Positions 10,201 through 19,724 of a stretch of DNA of 64,000 nt are shown here, piece by piece. Position 1 is the stretch's first letter. Every line of letters starts with the position of its first letter. Where the stretch lies: positions 1 through 64,000 of IMG/VR virus record IMGVR_UViG_3300046001_006965; one strand, 5' to 3'. This DNA comes from a virus. The notes beneath the pieces are model-generated. The model did not search any database. It had not been told where the DNA came from and saw only the letters and a list, made by a program, of their open reading frames with translations. The translations under genes and the position numbers were made by a program.

Positions 10201-10892
10201 GCAATTCCTCCCAAAACACCGAAAGCCCCCATAAGGTTTCTAATACCATCGGCCATTTTGGTAATCTTTGGATAATTACCAACTGATTTATGGAAATCAC
10301 CAACGGCTTGGTCTGCTTTACGAACACGAACATCCAATCTTCCAAACTCCTTTTCGGCCTTTTTAATAGCCTCGGTATTTTGATTTTCGGCACTTAATAA
10401 ATCAAGTAAATTTCTTTTGGCAATGGTGCGTTGCAGGTTCAATTTAGTGTAAGCAGTGGTCATTTTGCTGGACAAAATGGCCTGTTCTTTTGCTATTCTA
10501 TTATTCTGCTCATTGGCCAAACGTTCCTCGACTGATAGCTTTATATTTGATTTAGTTGCAGCATTTTTTTTGGCTGCAATATCCAAGGCCAGCTTCTCCG
10601 TTTTTAACTTTTCCTGTGTTATTTTCTGTAATTTAGTTTCTTCAACTTGCTCTTCTTTTATCAAAGAAATTGCTTTTTCAGAAATTAGCTTTACTTCGTT
10701 TTTTTGCTTGATGAACTCGGTTTGGTTTTCGCTTCGACGAAGTTTTACGTTTTCAGCATTCAGCAAAATAATGGTATCGACAAATTCTCTATTTATACCA
10801 ACTGCGCCTTCCATTATTTTCCTATATTCATCACCCCAACGCAAAGCATCGTCGGTAATAATATCTTTTCTGGTTATTGTACCTTCTGCCAT
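7263..10892 (-). CDS. Tail tape measure protein (TP901-type core)
   Basis: 1209 aa, coiled-coil, ADLSAITGATG and GLKGADAGTALRNV motifs. Confidence 0.92.
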   Translation of the reverse strand: MAEGTITRKDIITDDALRWGDEYRKIMEGAVGINREFVDTIILLNAENVKLRRSENQTEFIKQKNEVKLISEKAISLIKEEQVEETKLQKITQEKLKTEKLALDIAAKKNAATKSNIKLSVEERLANEQNNRIAKEQAILSSKMTTAYTKLNLQRTIAKRNLLDLLSAENQNTEAIKKAEKEFGRLDVRVRKADQAVGDFHKSVGNYPKITKMADGIRNLMGAFGVLGGIALFASIMKNAFDTIKKFEQGVADLSAITGATGKDLEYLKNQAIELGKGTKGGAVAVVEAYKLIASAKPELLENVSALNQVTEAVLTLAQASGMEMPDAAIALTDAMNQFGADASQATVFVDALANGAKYGAAEIPQVTEALLKFGAVARTSNVSIQESTALVELLAENGLKGADAGTALRNVLLKISAPDALPKKAQEEFAKLGISLETLKDKSIPIQQKLEMLKPLMKDNASIVKIFGLENATAAMNVLGHTDRLKELTSKMNENGTATEQAKIRMDTLTGSMDLLESAWGSFVLSLSEKGNAGGNFLKFWVNDAIDTLSMLDDWFTTSAQKRERELAGIRKEGADSAIKNYADKNKRSLEDLQNVVAWNNAEIAENTRAALELEKINKKIAADDSFFNSGKRKKQIEDNQRKIAALNNKTVFAGAENKTVQGFIQQRTAKKVVDPTDPTVPKADNGAAEKAAKEALDRAKKLSDSLYELQKQRLERSIKINGEIAADDKLSDEVRIKALELVQTKEIDLAKLNEKHALDADKFVLAKDRMNANQKVVIVTEAENKIIDIKKKTAEDILKINQFDEAAYQKQLEDKVSKLNVEMNAELQAENEKFATLGDLEAMAQADREQAIEDHERKIFEIKKAYAIKTLKLQIANLEAELAANDLLPANEQISADKRQKIAETLSKVKLDLSEVEVSTSKNTSEKEVMTEREKTEKILEMSSALTGALTDLGNAVFERKIQNIQEEIDKNNEFYDMQMELAGNDERQKDLLQKEREKKNDELEKKKRKEQHKAAVFNKASAIAQAGISTALAVLAALSTQPFLPMGPAMAILAGVLGAIQIGAIIATPIPKYKMGRKGGPAEIAEVGDGFVHEVITSASGANARLTPNIPTLTHLNQGDIVHKSMADYQAYMRASILSGFQIEGRKMNDFQLMQNNDLYGKESLDVMKETLSVLKRQKNGSVINMPKLDINHHLWKMGNTNWSKN

Positions 10893-11479
10893 TATTTCTT
10901 GTTTTTAGCGTTTTGTTTTTCGATCGATGCAATTTTTTGTTTCACTTGGATTTCTAAGGATTTGAATTTCTCTACTGATACGGTGTAATAGTCATAATCA
11001 TAACCCAAAACAGAAGAGTAACTGGCCATTAGATTGATGATGGAATTATCTTTGTTTTCCGATTTTGACTCGTCAATTTTTGGAAGCCCCTGTTTGAGTA
11101 GGTTAATTTTCTGGACTATTCCCTTGCTTTCTCGTTCTACACGTTCCAAATCTTCATTGTAAAATTCATCCCTGAACCTGTATCCATAATCGCGAAGTAT
11201 CGCAATCAACTCGGGATAAACATCAAATTTCAAGGCTTCGATGATCAACTTTATTTCGAAGTATTTTTTATCCAGGTATTCGATTTCTTTTTCAAGATTG
11301 AATACTTTGTTGCTGTTCTGCTTGTTGTATTTTTGCTGGTATTCTTCGAACAATTCATTCCAGATGGTAAGTAATTCATCAAGATCAGTTTCTTCATCTG
11401 AAAGCAATGAAATATCGCCAGATTCCATTATTTCGGTAAAGGTTACCATTGGTAATTTTCGGAGCGTTTTGTAAATCAT
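10892..11479 (-). CDS. Probable tail assembly chaperone
   Basis: 195 aa immediately upstream of tape measure gene. Confidence 0.5.
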   Translation of the reverse strand: MIYKTLRKLPMVTFTEIMESGDISLLSDEETDLDELLTIWNELFEEYQQKYNKQNSNKVFNLEKEIEYLDKKYFEIKLIIEALKFDVYPELIAILRDYGYRFRDEFYNEDLERVERESKGIVQKINLLKQGLPKIDESKSENKDNSIINLMASYSSVLGYDYDYYTVSVEKFKSLEIQVKQKIASIEKQNAKNKK

Positions 11480-11925
11480 AATCCTATTTTTTGACGGTTG
11501 TTTTTCAATACAAATGGTAGAATTTTGGTATCAATAACATCTTTAAGGTTTTCGGATGTGAGTCCAAAAAGGCTGTGAGAAAGCCAATGTTTGCTGCTTA
11601 GAATATCATCGGTTTTGGGATCAGTAGAACCAAAGAAAAATATATTGTCAAGAACCGTTACATACCAACTATCCAACCATTTTCCTGTATCCTTTCCGGT
11701 GAAAGGTGTGCCCCATTCTTTTTCGCCATTTGTCAATATATCGGTTGCCTTGGAATAGAAACCAATTGCCTTTCCGTAAATATCCTGGCTGTCCTGATTG
11801 ATTTGTTTTTTGTTTAGTTCCACCATATACTCGCTTACGGTTTTGATGAACAGAAACAAGTCTCTGGCAATGATTTCAGAGGTTATGCTTTTCGAACGTT
11901 CTAATTGTTGATTGAATGTGGCCAT
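11476..11925 (-). CDS. Neck / tail completion protein
   Basis: DTG.W..S motif as in HK97 gp10-like proteins; likely start MATFNQ. Confidence 0.45.
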   Translation of the reverse strand: MATFNQQLERSKSITSEIIARDLFLFIKTVSEYMVELNKKQINQDSQDIYGKAIGFYSKATDILTNGEKEWGTPFTGKDTGKWLDSWYVTVLDNIFFFGSTDPKTDDILSSKHWLSHSLFGLTSENLKDVIDTKILPFVLKNNRQKIGL

Positions 11926-11934
11926 ATTTTGTAT

Positions 11935-11976
11935 AAAAAAAGAGGCTAAACCATTGGATGATTTTAGCCTCTTGTT
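11935..11976 (-). terminator. Intrinsic terminator
   Basis: AGAGGCTAAA/TTTAGCCTCT stem followed by a U-run on the minus strand. Confidence 0.7.
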
Positions 11977-11998
11977 CAATAAATTGATCTCAATTTTT

Positions 11999-12187
11999 CT
12001 ACTGGTTCACTTCTATTTCTGCCGTTTTCTTGGTGGCAATCTTAAAAGCTTTTTTCAGTTCTAAAAGTCTTTCTTTTTCTGGAATTCCCTTGAATACCCA
12101 AGTGTTTTCGAACTCTGTTTTGAACTGATCAAACGTCCTACTGTAATTATCTTCAAACGTTATGCCTTTGTATTTGGCGCGTGGCAT
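11999..12187 (-). CDS. Small hypothetical tail-module protein
   Basis: 62 aa, coupled to major tail gene. Confidence 0.6.
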   Translation of the reverse strand: MPRAKYKGITFEDNYSRTFDQFKTEFENTWVFKGIPEKERLLELKKAFKIATKKTAEIEVNQ

Positions 12188-12190
12188 TTA

Positions 12191-13054
12191 TTAAACAGTT
12201 ATGGAAACTGCACCGGCACTTTCGTAAGTTGCTTCAGTCTGAATAACAACACCGTTTAAGTTGACAACGTTTCCAGTTACAAATCCTGTTCCTGTCAATT
12301 CATAAACACCGTTAGCATCGGCAGCCACAAATGAATGTGTCACGGCAACACCGGCAGCGGTTTTGAATGTTACATCAACAGTATCCAATGAAGTTACCGG
12401 ATCAAGTGCATCACCTGATAAAACCTTGAATTTAACTGAAGTTGCTGAAGAACTTTCAACCACTATTTTAGCATCGAAAATACCGTTCACTTCGATATGG
12501 CTCCAAGTTGGTTTGATGATTACAGCGTTTTTAGTTCCTTCGTTTTTATCTGCATAAATTAAAGAAACCGGAGTATGAGCTGGTTTGTCCGGCATTGCAT
12601 CCACACGCATTCCTACCTCAACCGTTACTTTTTGCCCTTTTACTTTTACGCCGTCAGGAGTAGTTCCCTTAACTTCTTGTGCATCGGTAAATTCATAAAC
12701 GCGCATCGTTTTTCCATGGTAGGATTCCAACGCATTATGAGAATTTACACCAATCATGCAAATAAAATTCCTGATTTTTTTAGGTTTCTTGGTCAAGTAT
12801 TTGCTGTTTCCTTCAAAATAGGCGGCGGCTAGATCAGCATTGGCCAATTCTTCCAACTCAAAAAGAGGAATTATTTTCTTTAAATCTACATCAGCCTTCC
12901 AATTGGCTAATGTTTTAGCAGCTTCTGCCGTGGCAAATTCCTGCTCATCAGTGGCTAATGCGTGGCGAATAGTAACTCCTTCTAGGAATTGATCGCTGGC
13001 ACCAGTGTTTTTATTGCCTTCACCTACTATGGTGAAATCGATTATTGTACTCAT
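12191..13054 (-). CDS. Major tail tube protein with C-terminal Ig-like extension
   Basis: 287 aa, position, beta-rich Thr/Val C-terminus. Confidence 0.65.
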   Translation of the reverse strand: MSTIIDFTIVGEGNKNTGASDQFLEGVTIRHALATDEQEFATAEAAKTLANWKADVDLKKIIPLFELEELANADLAAAYFEGNSKYLTKKPKKIRNFICMIGVNSHNALESYHGKTMRVYEFTDAQEVKGTTPDGVKVKGQKVTVEVGMRVDAMPDKPAHTPVSLIYADKNEGTKNAVIIKPTWSHIEVNGIFDAKIVVESSSATSVKFKVLSGDALDPVTSLDTVDVTFKTAAGVAVTHSFVAADANGVYELTGTGFVTGNVVNLNGVVIQTEATYESAGAVSITV

Positions 13055-13067
13055 GGTTTCTTTTTTA

Positions 13068-13598
13068 TTAGTTACAATTAAATGTGTATTTCAAATCTCC
13101 ATTTATCGAAAAGGTGTGATAAGGTTGCAAATCATTCAATTTGATGTTCTCAATGTTGAAGTCTTTCAGCACGTTTTTCAATCCTTTTTCAATTCCGGTG
13201 ACCTCTAATGCTTTTATTTTTTCGACTAGCTTCACGCATATATCCTGAACTTCTGAATCTGCTCTGTAGGTTGTATTGGCAAAACATTTGTTTAAATTCA
13301 ACATAAAAACAATCTTTACCTTTGCCGTGAACAACTTTCCTTCTTTGCTTATATGATTGTCATCATCAACAAAGAAAACATTTCCTCCAGGTGCGTTACG
13401 GTCATCATAAAAAACGCCTTTGCGTTCCTTGTTCGAAACGTGAACCTCCGGAACAAATGATTTTCCATCCTTGGCCAGTACTTTCTGAACCCTTCCATAA
13501 AAATCAACACCTACAAATCCCAAATGCAAGTTCAATGCATTCTGAATGAGTTGTATTTTGTGGTCAATTCCTTTGGCCGGATAGTTGTTGTAGTTCAT
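13068..13598 (-). CDS. Head-tail joining / tail terminator protein
   Basis: Synteny only. Confidence 0.45.
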   Translation of the reverse strand: MNYNNYPAKGIDHKIQLIQNALNLHLGFVGVDFYGRVQKVLAKDGKSFVPEVHVSNKERKGVFYDDRNAPGGNVFFVDDDNHISKEGKLFTAKVKIVFMLNLNKCFANTTYRADSEVQDICVKLVEKIKALEVTGIEKGLKNVLKDFNIENIKLNDLQPYHTFSINGDLKYTFNCN

Positions 13599-13599
13599 A

Positions 13600-14181
13600 T
13601 TACCAGGGTTTGCCGTTTTTAACGGTTGGATTTCGTGGAAAGAGTATGTTTTGCGTTTTGGTGATCGCTGATTTCAGTTCGTATTTAATACCGGTGGCTA
13701 CATAAAAACCCCCATCGTTTCGAACACCTTCCAATTCAATTTTAAGGTTTTGGAAACTCAATTTGGCGTTACGTTCCAAAAGATTGTTTCTGCTGGATGA
13801 AATGAACAATTCCAACATTTTTACCGCGATACAATACCCAATGGCATCATCGAACAATCTTGGTTTTGCAATGATCAAAGCCGAATAATCAGTTTCTTCT
13901 ACATACATTTCGCTTTTGTCGAAAATGGCAGTCAAGACCTCCAACACCGATTGCTGACGAACAGAAGAAAGGAAGCCGTTGAAATCTACGGCCTCCATAT
14001 CTATTTCTGGAACTGCTGCATAAACATTTTCAACTGTAACGAGTTGGTGAAAAGAATTTACTTTTCTTGCTGAATCTGCGGTTAGAACCTCCTCATCTAA
14101 CTCGATTGCAAATGCAGTGTCTAAAGGTTTCTCCCAACCAATTCTAGTGTTTAATGATGTTATGCTTTGTCCGTTGTACAT
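13600..14181 (-). CDS. Head-tail adaptor protein
   Basis: Synteny, directly after capsid gene. Confidence 0.45.
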   Translation of the reverse strand: MYNGQSITSLNTRIGWEKPLDTAFAIELDEEVLTADSARKVNSFHQLVTVENVYAAVPEIDMEAVDFNGFLSSVRQQSVLEVLTAIFDKSEMYVEETDYSALIIAKPRLFDDAIGYCIAVKMLELFISSSRNNLLERNAKLSFQNLKIELEGVRNDGGFYVATGIKYELKSAITKTQNILFPRNPTVKNGKPW

Positions 14182-14182
14182 A

Positions 14183-15463
14183 TTATACTGATGCTACGAT
14201 GTTAGCTTCGAATACCAATATAGCTTCTTCAGACAATTTATTGATTGCTGTAAGTAAAGCGGCATCGGTTGAAGCGACAGTCAATTTAGTTGCTGGATAA
14301 GCCAATTTCAAGGCAGATGCAACAGATGCTTTAGTGTAAGAAACTGTTTCATACAAGAAGTTTGCATCACCCTCTGTTTGAACATCGGCAGCGGCTTCTT
14401 CAGTGTTTAGATAAAACAAAGACTCTACATTTTGAAGTACAGGAATAACAAGAGCTTCTGCCGCGGTTCTTTCGCTTACAGGATCTGTTGTACCATCTTT
14501 TTTAACTAAAATATAGCTGTTTGGTTCAGCATAAATAACACCCTCTTGTTTGTAGATTGATTCGGCTAATTTGCTATAAACCAATGCTCCAACCTTAACA
14601 CCTGATGTGAAAACAACCATGTTTGGAGTCCATCCTTTAGAAGTTGTTCTTTTTCCATCTTTTTCGTGATAAAAAGTACGGTCAACAATTCTTAAGTTAA
14701 GCTTAAAGTTTCTTTTTAGAACATCTCTAACCTGATCTTCACTAAGCGAAGGCACGTTTGTTCCAACAAAGTTTAAGCTAAAAGCAAATAGCTGTTTTAC
14801 TTGATCATTGTTTAAGATGTTATCAAGAATATCGCTATCCATCCATATCGTATCAGGATATTCGCCTTTTGATTTTGCATCTTTTAAAACTCTTTTTATG
14901 TCATCTATTGGCGTAGACGTAGGAGAGCTCCATTTGATAACTGATCCAAATTGGTTTGATAATGGAATGTTGTAGTTTATACGAATTCCAGTTCCAACAT
15001 TTAAAGCATCTTCAATCAAAGTGATGCCGCCTGAAAATCCTAACAAGTGAGCTTGTTCAATCTTTTCTTTGATACCATAAATAACGGATTCAGTATCGTT
15101 GAAAATCTTTTTGATAAACTCACCAATTCTTCCGGCTTTATTACTTAAATTAATTAAAGTATTCATTTGTTTTTCATTCAAAACATACTTTATTGCCATC
15201 TTAGGAATGTCTCCAGTTGCTGTTTTTAAAGAGCCTCTGCTTTTAATAGGCGCTGGAGAATCAAACGCAACAACATCTGCAGTCACTCTAGTGAAATTAC
15301 CGCTAATGGAAGCGTAGGTCATGTCATCTGAGTATTCCTCATCTAACATTTCGTCGTGTAGATATTTAGGCTCTTCTTTTGAACCGTTTATCTTTGCGTA
15401 AAAATATTTTGCAGTTGCTGGAAAATATTTAGTTACTAAATCTTGAAAAATTGACTTTGCCAT
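14183..15463 (-). CDS. Major capsid protein (lambda E-like family)
   Basis: 426 aa; ADVVAFDSPAP.K.R, G.IPK and W.....PIDDI motifs. Confidence 0.85.
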   Translation of the reverse strand: MAKSIFQDLVTKYFPATAKYFYAKINGSKEEPKYLHDEMLDEEYSDDMTYASISGNFTRVTADVVAFDSPAPIKSRGSLKTATGDIPKMAIKYVLNEKQMNTLINLSNKAGRIGEFIKKIFNDTESVIYGIKEKIEQAHLLGFSGGITLIEDALNVGTGIRINYNIPLSNQFGSVIKWSSPTSTPIDDIKRVLKDAKSKGEYPDTIWMDSDILDNILNNDQVKQLFAFSLNFVGTNVPSLSEDQVRDVLKRNFKLNLRIVDRTFYHEKDGKRTTSKGWTPNMVVFTSGVKVGALVYSKLAESIYKQEGVIYAEPNSYILVKKDGTTDPVSERTAAEALVIPVLQNVESLFYLNTEEAAADVQTEGDANFLYETVSYTKASVASALKLAYPATKLTVASTDAALLTAINKLSEEAILVFEANIVASV

Positions 15464-15464
15464 C

Positions 15465-15839
15465 TTAGTCTACTTGATTATGAATGCCTAAAAGTTTTAA
15501 TGCAGCAATTGAATTGGCATTAAAAGGATATTTAGTAGCATTGCTGTTAATAGTTCCTTGTGTCATCATACCTGTTGAAGGTTTTGATTTTTTAGTAGTA
15601 GAACGTACCACGCCTACCAACTTAGCGTATAAAGAGCCATCAACTGGTTGAGGCTTGTACACTGGAGCTTCGGCCGTACCGTCATTGATTATTCCGTGAC
15701 CGTTATAAATAACGTCGTCTGGAAAACCAGTGGTATCTAGTACTAAACCTCCCTCTTTACCGTGAATGTAGTGCTTGATTGCGGTATCATAACCGCCTTC
15801 AAACTCTTCTTCTGTTTTGCTTAAATCTAATGTCGCCAT
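15465..15839 (-). CDS. Head decoration protein
   Basis: 124 aa between scaffold and capsid genes. Confidence 0.6.
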   Translation of the reverse strand: MATLDLSKTEEEFEGGYDTAIKHYIHGKEGGLVLDTTGFPDDVIYNGHGIINDGTAEAPVYKPQPVDGSLYAKLVGVVRSTTKKSKPSTGMMTQGTINSNATKYPFNANSIAALKLLGIHNQVD

Positions 15840-15868
15840 CGCTTTTTTTTTTAGATTATTAATTGTTA

Positions 15869-16504
15869 TTATTCATAAATCTTTTTGATGTCTTCAAGTG
15901 TAGGATCTCCTTTAGGTAATCCCATACCTGCGCCACCACCATAAACACTATTATCGGCATTTACTTGAACTAATTCAGAGTATTCAGATTCTAATTCTTT
16001 GATTTGATCCTCGATTGGAGTTTCAGAATTAACATCTACTCTGCTAACCCAACGGTCTTTTAATTCAGGTTTCAACCCTTTCAGGATGTCTGATTTTTCG
16101 AAAGACTGCAAGGCAGTTTGTTTTTTAGTTTGAAGTACGTTCCCAGATTCGATTGCCGTTACTTTTTCAAGCAATGCTTTGTTTGCTTCAACTAATCCTT
16201 TAGCCCATTCTGGAACATCTACTGGAGGTGTTGGCAGTTTTGGATCTTCCGGTGCTGGAGGGATGATAACTTTACCCGCTTTTTCCTCTAATGTTCTGAT
16301 TCTGTCGTCCTCACGGGCGATTTCTTCAAAAGCGTTAAAGTCGTTAGCTTGATTTAAAATTACATCTACAGCTGTGTCGTCTGCATCGTCTGCTGGCATT
16401 GGTGCAAGTTTAGCCGCGATTGCGTCTAGCCTTTTTTGAGATAAGTTCGCCTTTGGGAATAATGCCCTAAGTCGTGCCTTAATAATTTCTGGTTTAACTG
16501 CCAT
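15869..16504 (-). CDS. Capsid scaffolding protein
   Basis: Acidic, Pro-rich linker, PEWAK motif; likely start MAVKPE at 16504. Confidence 0.7.
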   Translation of the reverse strand: MAVKPEIIKARLRALFPKANLSQKRLDAIAAKLAPMPADDADDTAVDVILNQANDFNAFEEIAREDDRIRTLEEKAGKVIIPPAPEDPKLPTPPVDVPEWAKGLVEANKALLEKVTAIESGNVLQTKKQTALQSFEKSDILKGLKPELKDRWVSRVDVNSETPIEDQIKELESEYSELVQVNADNSVYGGGAGMGLPKGDPTLEDIKKIYE

Positions 16505-16537
16505 AATAAAATGATTTAAATTGTTGATTTGTAATGA

Positions 16538-16582
16538 CAAATGTAATAAAATAATTCTCTTATTTAGAATCATTCTAAATAA
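16538..16582 (-). promoter_or_regulatory. Late promoter with second copy of the 23-bp palindrome
   Basis: TACATTTG at 16538-16545; TTATTTAGAATCATTCTAAATAA at 16560-16582. Confidence 0.7.
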
Positions 16583-16596
16583 TAAATTTTAACATA

Positions 16597-16628
16597 AAAA
16601 AACCACGTTATTTCTAGCGTGGTTTTTT
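16597..16628 (-). terminator. Intrinsic terminator (bidirectional type)
   Basis: AAAAAACCACG..CGTGGTTTTTT. Confidence 0.7.
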
Positions 16629-16646
16629 ATACTAATTGAATCTTAA

Positions 16647-16877
16647 TTATTCTGCTTTTGTAAAATCAAGGTAATATTCTTTTCCCTCTTCGAAGAAATC
16701 TGCAGCTTGAGTTTCGTAGCTAATACTTAATGATACACTTCCAGCTGGCGTGTATTTTGCAAATGATTTGTTTTCATCGCTTCCTCCAATTACTGGATTA
16801 AGTGCAATTAGTTTTTGTTGATACTCTGGATCGTCCTTTACTGCGATACATTTGAACTTTGCTCTTACTTGTGGCAT
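16647..16877 (-). CDS. Conserved phage hypothetical protein
   Basis: 76 aa; VRAKF..ENKSFAKYTP.G..G.EYYLDF pattern common in phages. Confidence 0.75.
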   Translation of the reverse strand: MPQVRAKFKCIAVKDDPEYQQKLIALNPVIGGSDENKSFAKYTPAGSVSLSISYETQAADFFEEGKEYYLDFTKAE

Positions 16878-16930
16878 AATTTATATATTTTGATGTTCCC
16901 TACTCGTTAGCTTTTCGGGTTCCGCTTTTT

Positions 16931-17209
16931 TTAATCAATTTTCCACCCCTGAAAACTCAACCCAAAGCGGGTGATTCCGTTGCGGTCCTGGTATTCGTTA
17001 CCTCGAACATTCACGCTCACTTTTACTTGCTCTCCAATTTGAAGGTTATTCAATAAATCCACTTTGTCCTTGATGAATTCTATTGGTAGTTTTTGAGGAT
17101 ATTCTGCATCCGTTTGAATTACTACAATTTGTTTTCTCATTTGGTTGGATCCAATAAGTTCTACTTCAGATTTGAAATACACTTTTCCGATAATCTCTGC
17201 TTTGTCCAT
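16931..17209 (-). CDS. DUF3127-like OB-fold ssDNA-binding protein
   Basis: YPQ..PIEF..DK, V.VS.N.RG.E, S.QGWKI motifs. Confidence 0.75.
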   Translation of the reverse strand: MDKAEIIGKVYFKSEVELIGSNQMRKQIVVIQTDAEYPQKLPIEFIKDKVDLLNNLQIGEQVKVSVNVRGNEYQDRNGITRFGLSFQGWKID

Positions 17210-17210
17210 T

Positions 17211-17558
17211 TTACTTTTTGTTTGATTTATTATTGTTGTTTAAAAATTCATAAATTTTGTCAAATAACCAACCTGTTAAATATGCTTCAGGTTCGTCATT
17301 ATATCTATCTGAACTCATTGCACAATCTAAAAAAATGTAGTTTTTTAAATGTACAATTTCGTGTGCAATATTGCTTAAATGATTAGCGTCGGTGAAAGCA
17401 ACTACATAATGCCTATATCCTGCACCCTTCAAAGTGACTGCTCCAAAATCTTCTAGTGGCATAGTCTTATACTTTTTTTCAATAGCCTTTAAATCATCAG
17501 CAAGAATCATTGTGAGTTTTCCACAATAAATTGGAATTTCAATTATTTTAGATTTCAT
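17211..17558 (-). CDS. HExxH metallopeptidase-like small protein
   Basis: IAHEIVH..DEPEAYL; likely start MKSKII. Confidence 0.65.
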   Translation of the reverse strand: MKSKIIEIPIYCGKLTMILADDLKAIEKKYKTMPLEDFGAVTLKGAGYRHYVVAFTDANHLSNIAHEIVHLKNYIFLDCAMSSDRYNDEPEAYLTGWLFDKIYEFLNNNNKSNKK

Positions 17559-17560
17559 AA

Positions 17561-18280
17561 TTACATTATTACTTCCCGAGTTTGATTTTTGTGGTTGTAT
17601 ACTTTCTCGATGTTGTACATATACAATTTTACACTGGCTTGGCGATCCATCAGCATTGGCGCCTGGGCAATTTTGTTTTTTAGTTTTTCGAAGTTGCAAA
17701 GGCCTTTCTTTTGCAGTTCCTGAACGGCTCCAATAAGGTTTCTGTCTTTCGAAAATCGATACTGGCTAAACAATTCATCCGACAATGTTAGCAGTGCATC
17801 TGCTTCATCAAAGAAATTGCACTCAAAACCACCGCTTTGAAAGGTATCTGTTGATTTTGCTTTTGGATTATTGTACATCAACAGATCAATAGAAAGTTTG
17901 ATGGCGATTTTGTGTTTGTGCATCACTTCAAGGACTTTCTCATAATCAGTAATTCCTAATTTTATGTAACAATTCAAGAAGTCTGTTGGTTTCCATTTTT
18001 CGCCACGACTGTTTAGTTGTGCGATTTGGTTTAACGTCAAAGTATTGCAAATGACAAAATACACAGGGTTATTTGTTTTTTTGCTTACCTCAAAACGATG
18101 TTGACCATCGATGATGTGATAAATGCCATCATGTTCCGATACCACTATTGGGCAGAACGGTAACATATTAAAACCATTATTAACATCGTTGGTGATTTTC
18201 TCTATTTTCGACTGGCTCAAAACCCTGTTTCCAATAATGTTTCCGAAATCTTTGTAACTGCTTGATTGTTGAATTTCCAT
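17561..18280 (-). CDS. ParB/Srx N-terminal domain protein
   Basis: GNR, PIVV and IIDGQHR motifs. Confidence 0.75.
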   Translation of the reverse strand: MEIQQSSSYKDFGNIIGNRVLSQSKIEKITNDVNNGFNMLPFCPIVVSEHDGIYHIIDGQHRFEVSKKTNNPVYFVICNTLTLNQIAQLNSRGEKWKPTDFLNCYIKLGITDYEKVLEVMHKHKIAIKLSIDLLMYNNPKAKSTDTFQSGGFECNFFDEADALLTLSDELFSQYRFSKDRNLIGAVQELQKKGLCNFEKLKNKIAQAPMLMDRQASVKLYMYNIEKVYNHKNQTREVIM

Positions 18281-18299
18281 TTTTACTTTTGCTATTTAA

Positions 18300-19712
18300 T
18301 TAAACTTTTGCCGGAGGTGTTTCCACCGCTTTATTTTCTAATTCAATTTGCTCTATTTCCGCTTCGTGATCATCTACCAGATCAATTAATCCAATGGCTG
18401 TTTTTTGGCTGACGAATTTACCTGATACCGCATTTGAAAGATAAGTAACCGTTTCAGCAATATCTGATGGCAATATGGAATTGAACTGTACATCGTAATA
18501 CAACGCTTTCCCCTCTGTGGACATCGTGGTATTGGTTGTTTTGGTCACTCCGGAGATGATTATATTGATGCAGCGTTCTATAAATGTTCGAGTGGATGAT
18601 TGTTTCAACGCTGTTTTTATGTCAGTAGCTATAAACATAAGCTTTACTGTTTTTTCAGCAACATTTCCCAATGATTTCAATTTTTCCAAGGATAGGTTAG
18701 GCACTCCAGAACCATAAGCAATTACATCTTCGAGTTTGTCCAATTCCAGTTTATTTGACTCTGGGGCAGTAGTTGCTTCAAGAAAACGAACGTCACCTTT
18801 TATTACTGTTTTTTTATCTTCTCCACCTAGCTTTATAGGAATATTAAAATGCTTACCACTTTCACTTTTCAAAGGCATATTTTCAACTTCTCCTTCTGTT
18901 ACTAAAATAGGATGTCCTGAATAATCATTGGCATCTCCCAATTTTGACATTGCCACTTCGTGTCTGTCCATTGGAGATTTCACGGTGTACCATAGCGGTT
19001 CGTCTTGACTATCATAAACAATTGGAATACGGTCGAATCCGTGAGGCAAATTGGTAAACAAAACGGAACCCTTGAAGTGAAGCATATTAGTTTCATTCCA
19101 AATTTGCACATTAGCCACTTCTTTTTCTCCTTCCTTGGCTTTATATTCCCACATAAAAAGCAACATATTGCCTGTAGCATCAAAATAGGGCGTCATTGTT
19201 CCTTTGGTATTGTCCAGGACCAAAGCTTTAATTTCCTTGACTTGTGTTTTTAGTTTCAAAAATGACAACACTTTGTTTAAAAGTGAGGTCTCACCGGCAT
19301 CAACAATGTAGAATTGCATGGCCACTTGGGTTTGCGAAAACTTGATGATGGTGGCATCCAACAGTTTTGAATCAATGCGATTTACTCTCCATATTTGTTT
19401 GACCAATTTTGACAAGTTGTTTTCCTCTGAAGGAATTAACGTGATGGGTTTTCCAATGACAAAAGCGGCCAAAGTTTCGACAATATTCTGGGCGTGATTA
19501 ATGTAGATTTTAACCATTTTAGAAACTTTACCGGCTTCCAGAGTTTTATCTACCTGGATCTTTTCGAGCTGTCCTTCTCGTTGATCTCTGGCAAATTCTT
19601 TGTACTCTTTGACATAGTTTTCGATGTCGGTTGGTTTCTTGGTGCTTTGCGCCTTGATGGTTTCAATCGCTTTTTGCGGGTCTGATTGCAATAATTCCAG
19701 TATTTCTTCCAT
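18300..19712 (-). CDS. Portal protein (SPP1 gp6-like)
   Basis: 470 aa after terminase; HGFDRIPIVY motif. Confidence 0.85.
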   Translation of the reverse strand: MEEILELLQSDPQKAIETIKAQSTKKPTDIENYVKEYKEFARDQREGQLEKIQVDKTLEAGKVSKMVKIYINHAQNIVETLAAFVIGKPITLIPSEENNLSKLVKQIWRVNRIDSKLLDATIIKFSQTQVAMQFYIVDAGETSLLNKVLSFLKLKTQVKEIKALVLDNTKGTMTPYFDATGNMLLFMWEYKAKEGEKEVANVQIWNETNMLHFKGSVLFTNLPHGFDRIPIVYDSQDEPLWYTVKSPMDRHEVAMSKLGDANDYSGHPILVTEGEVENMPLKSESGKHFNIPIKLGGEDKKTVIKGDVRFLEATTAPESNKLELDKLEDVIAYGSGVPNLSLEKLKSLGNVAEKTVKLMFIATDIKTALKQSSTRTFIERCINIIISGVTKTTNTTMSTEGKALYYDVQFNSILPSDIAETVTYLSNAVSGKFVSQKTAIGLIDLVDDHEAEIEQIELENKAVETPPAKV

Positions 19713-19724
19713 GATGAATATTTA

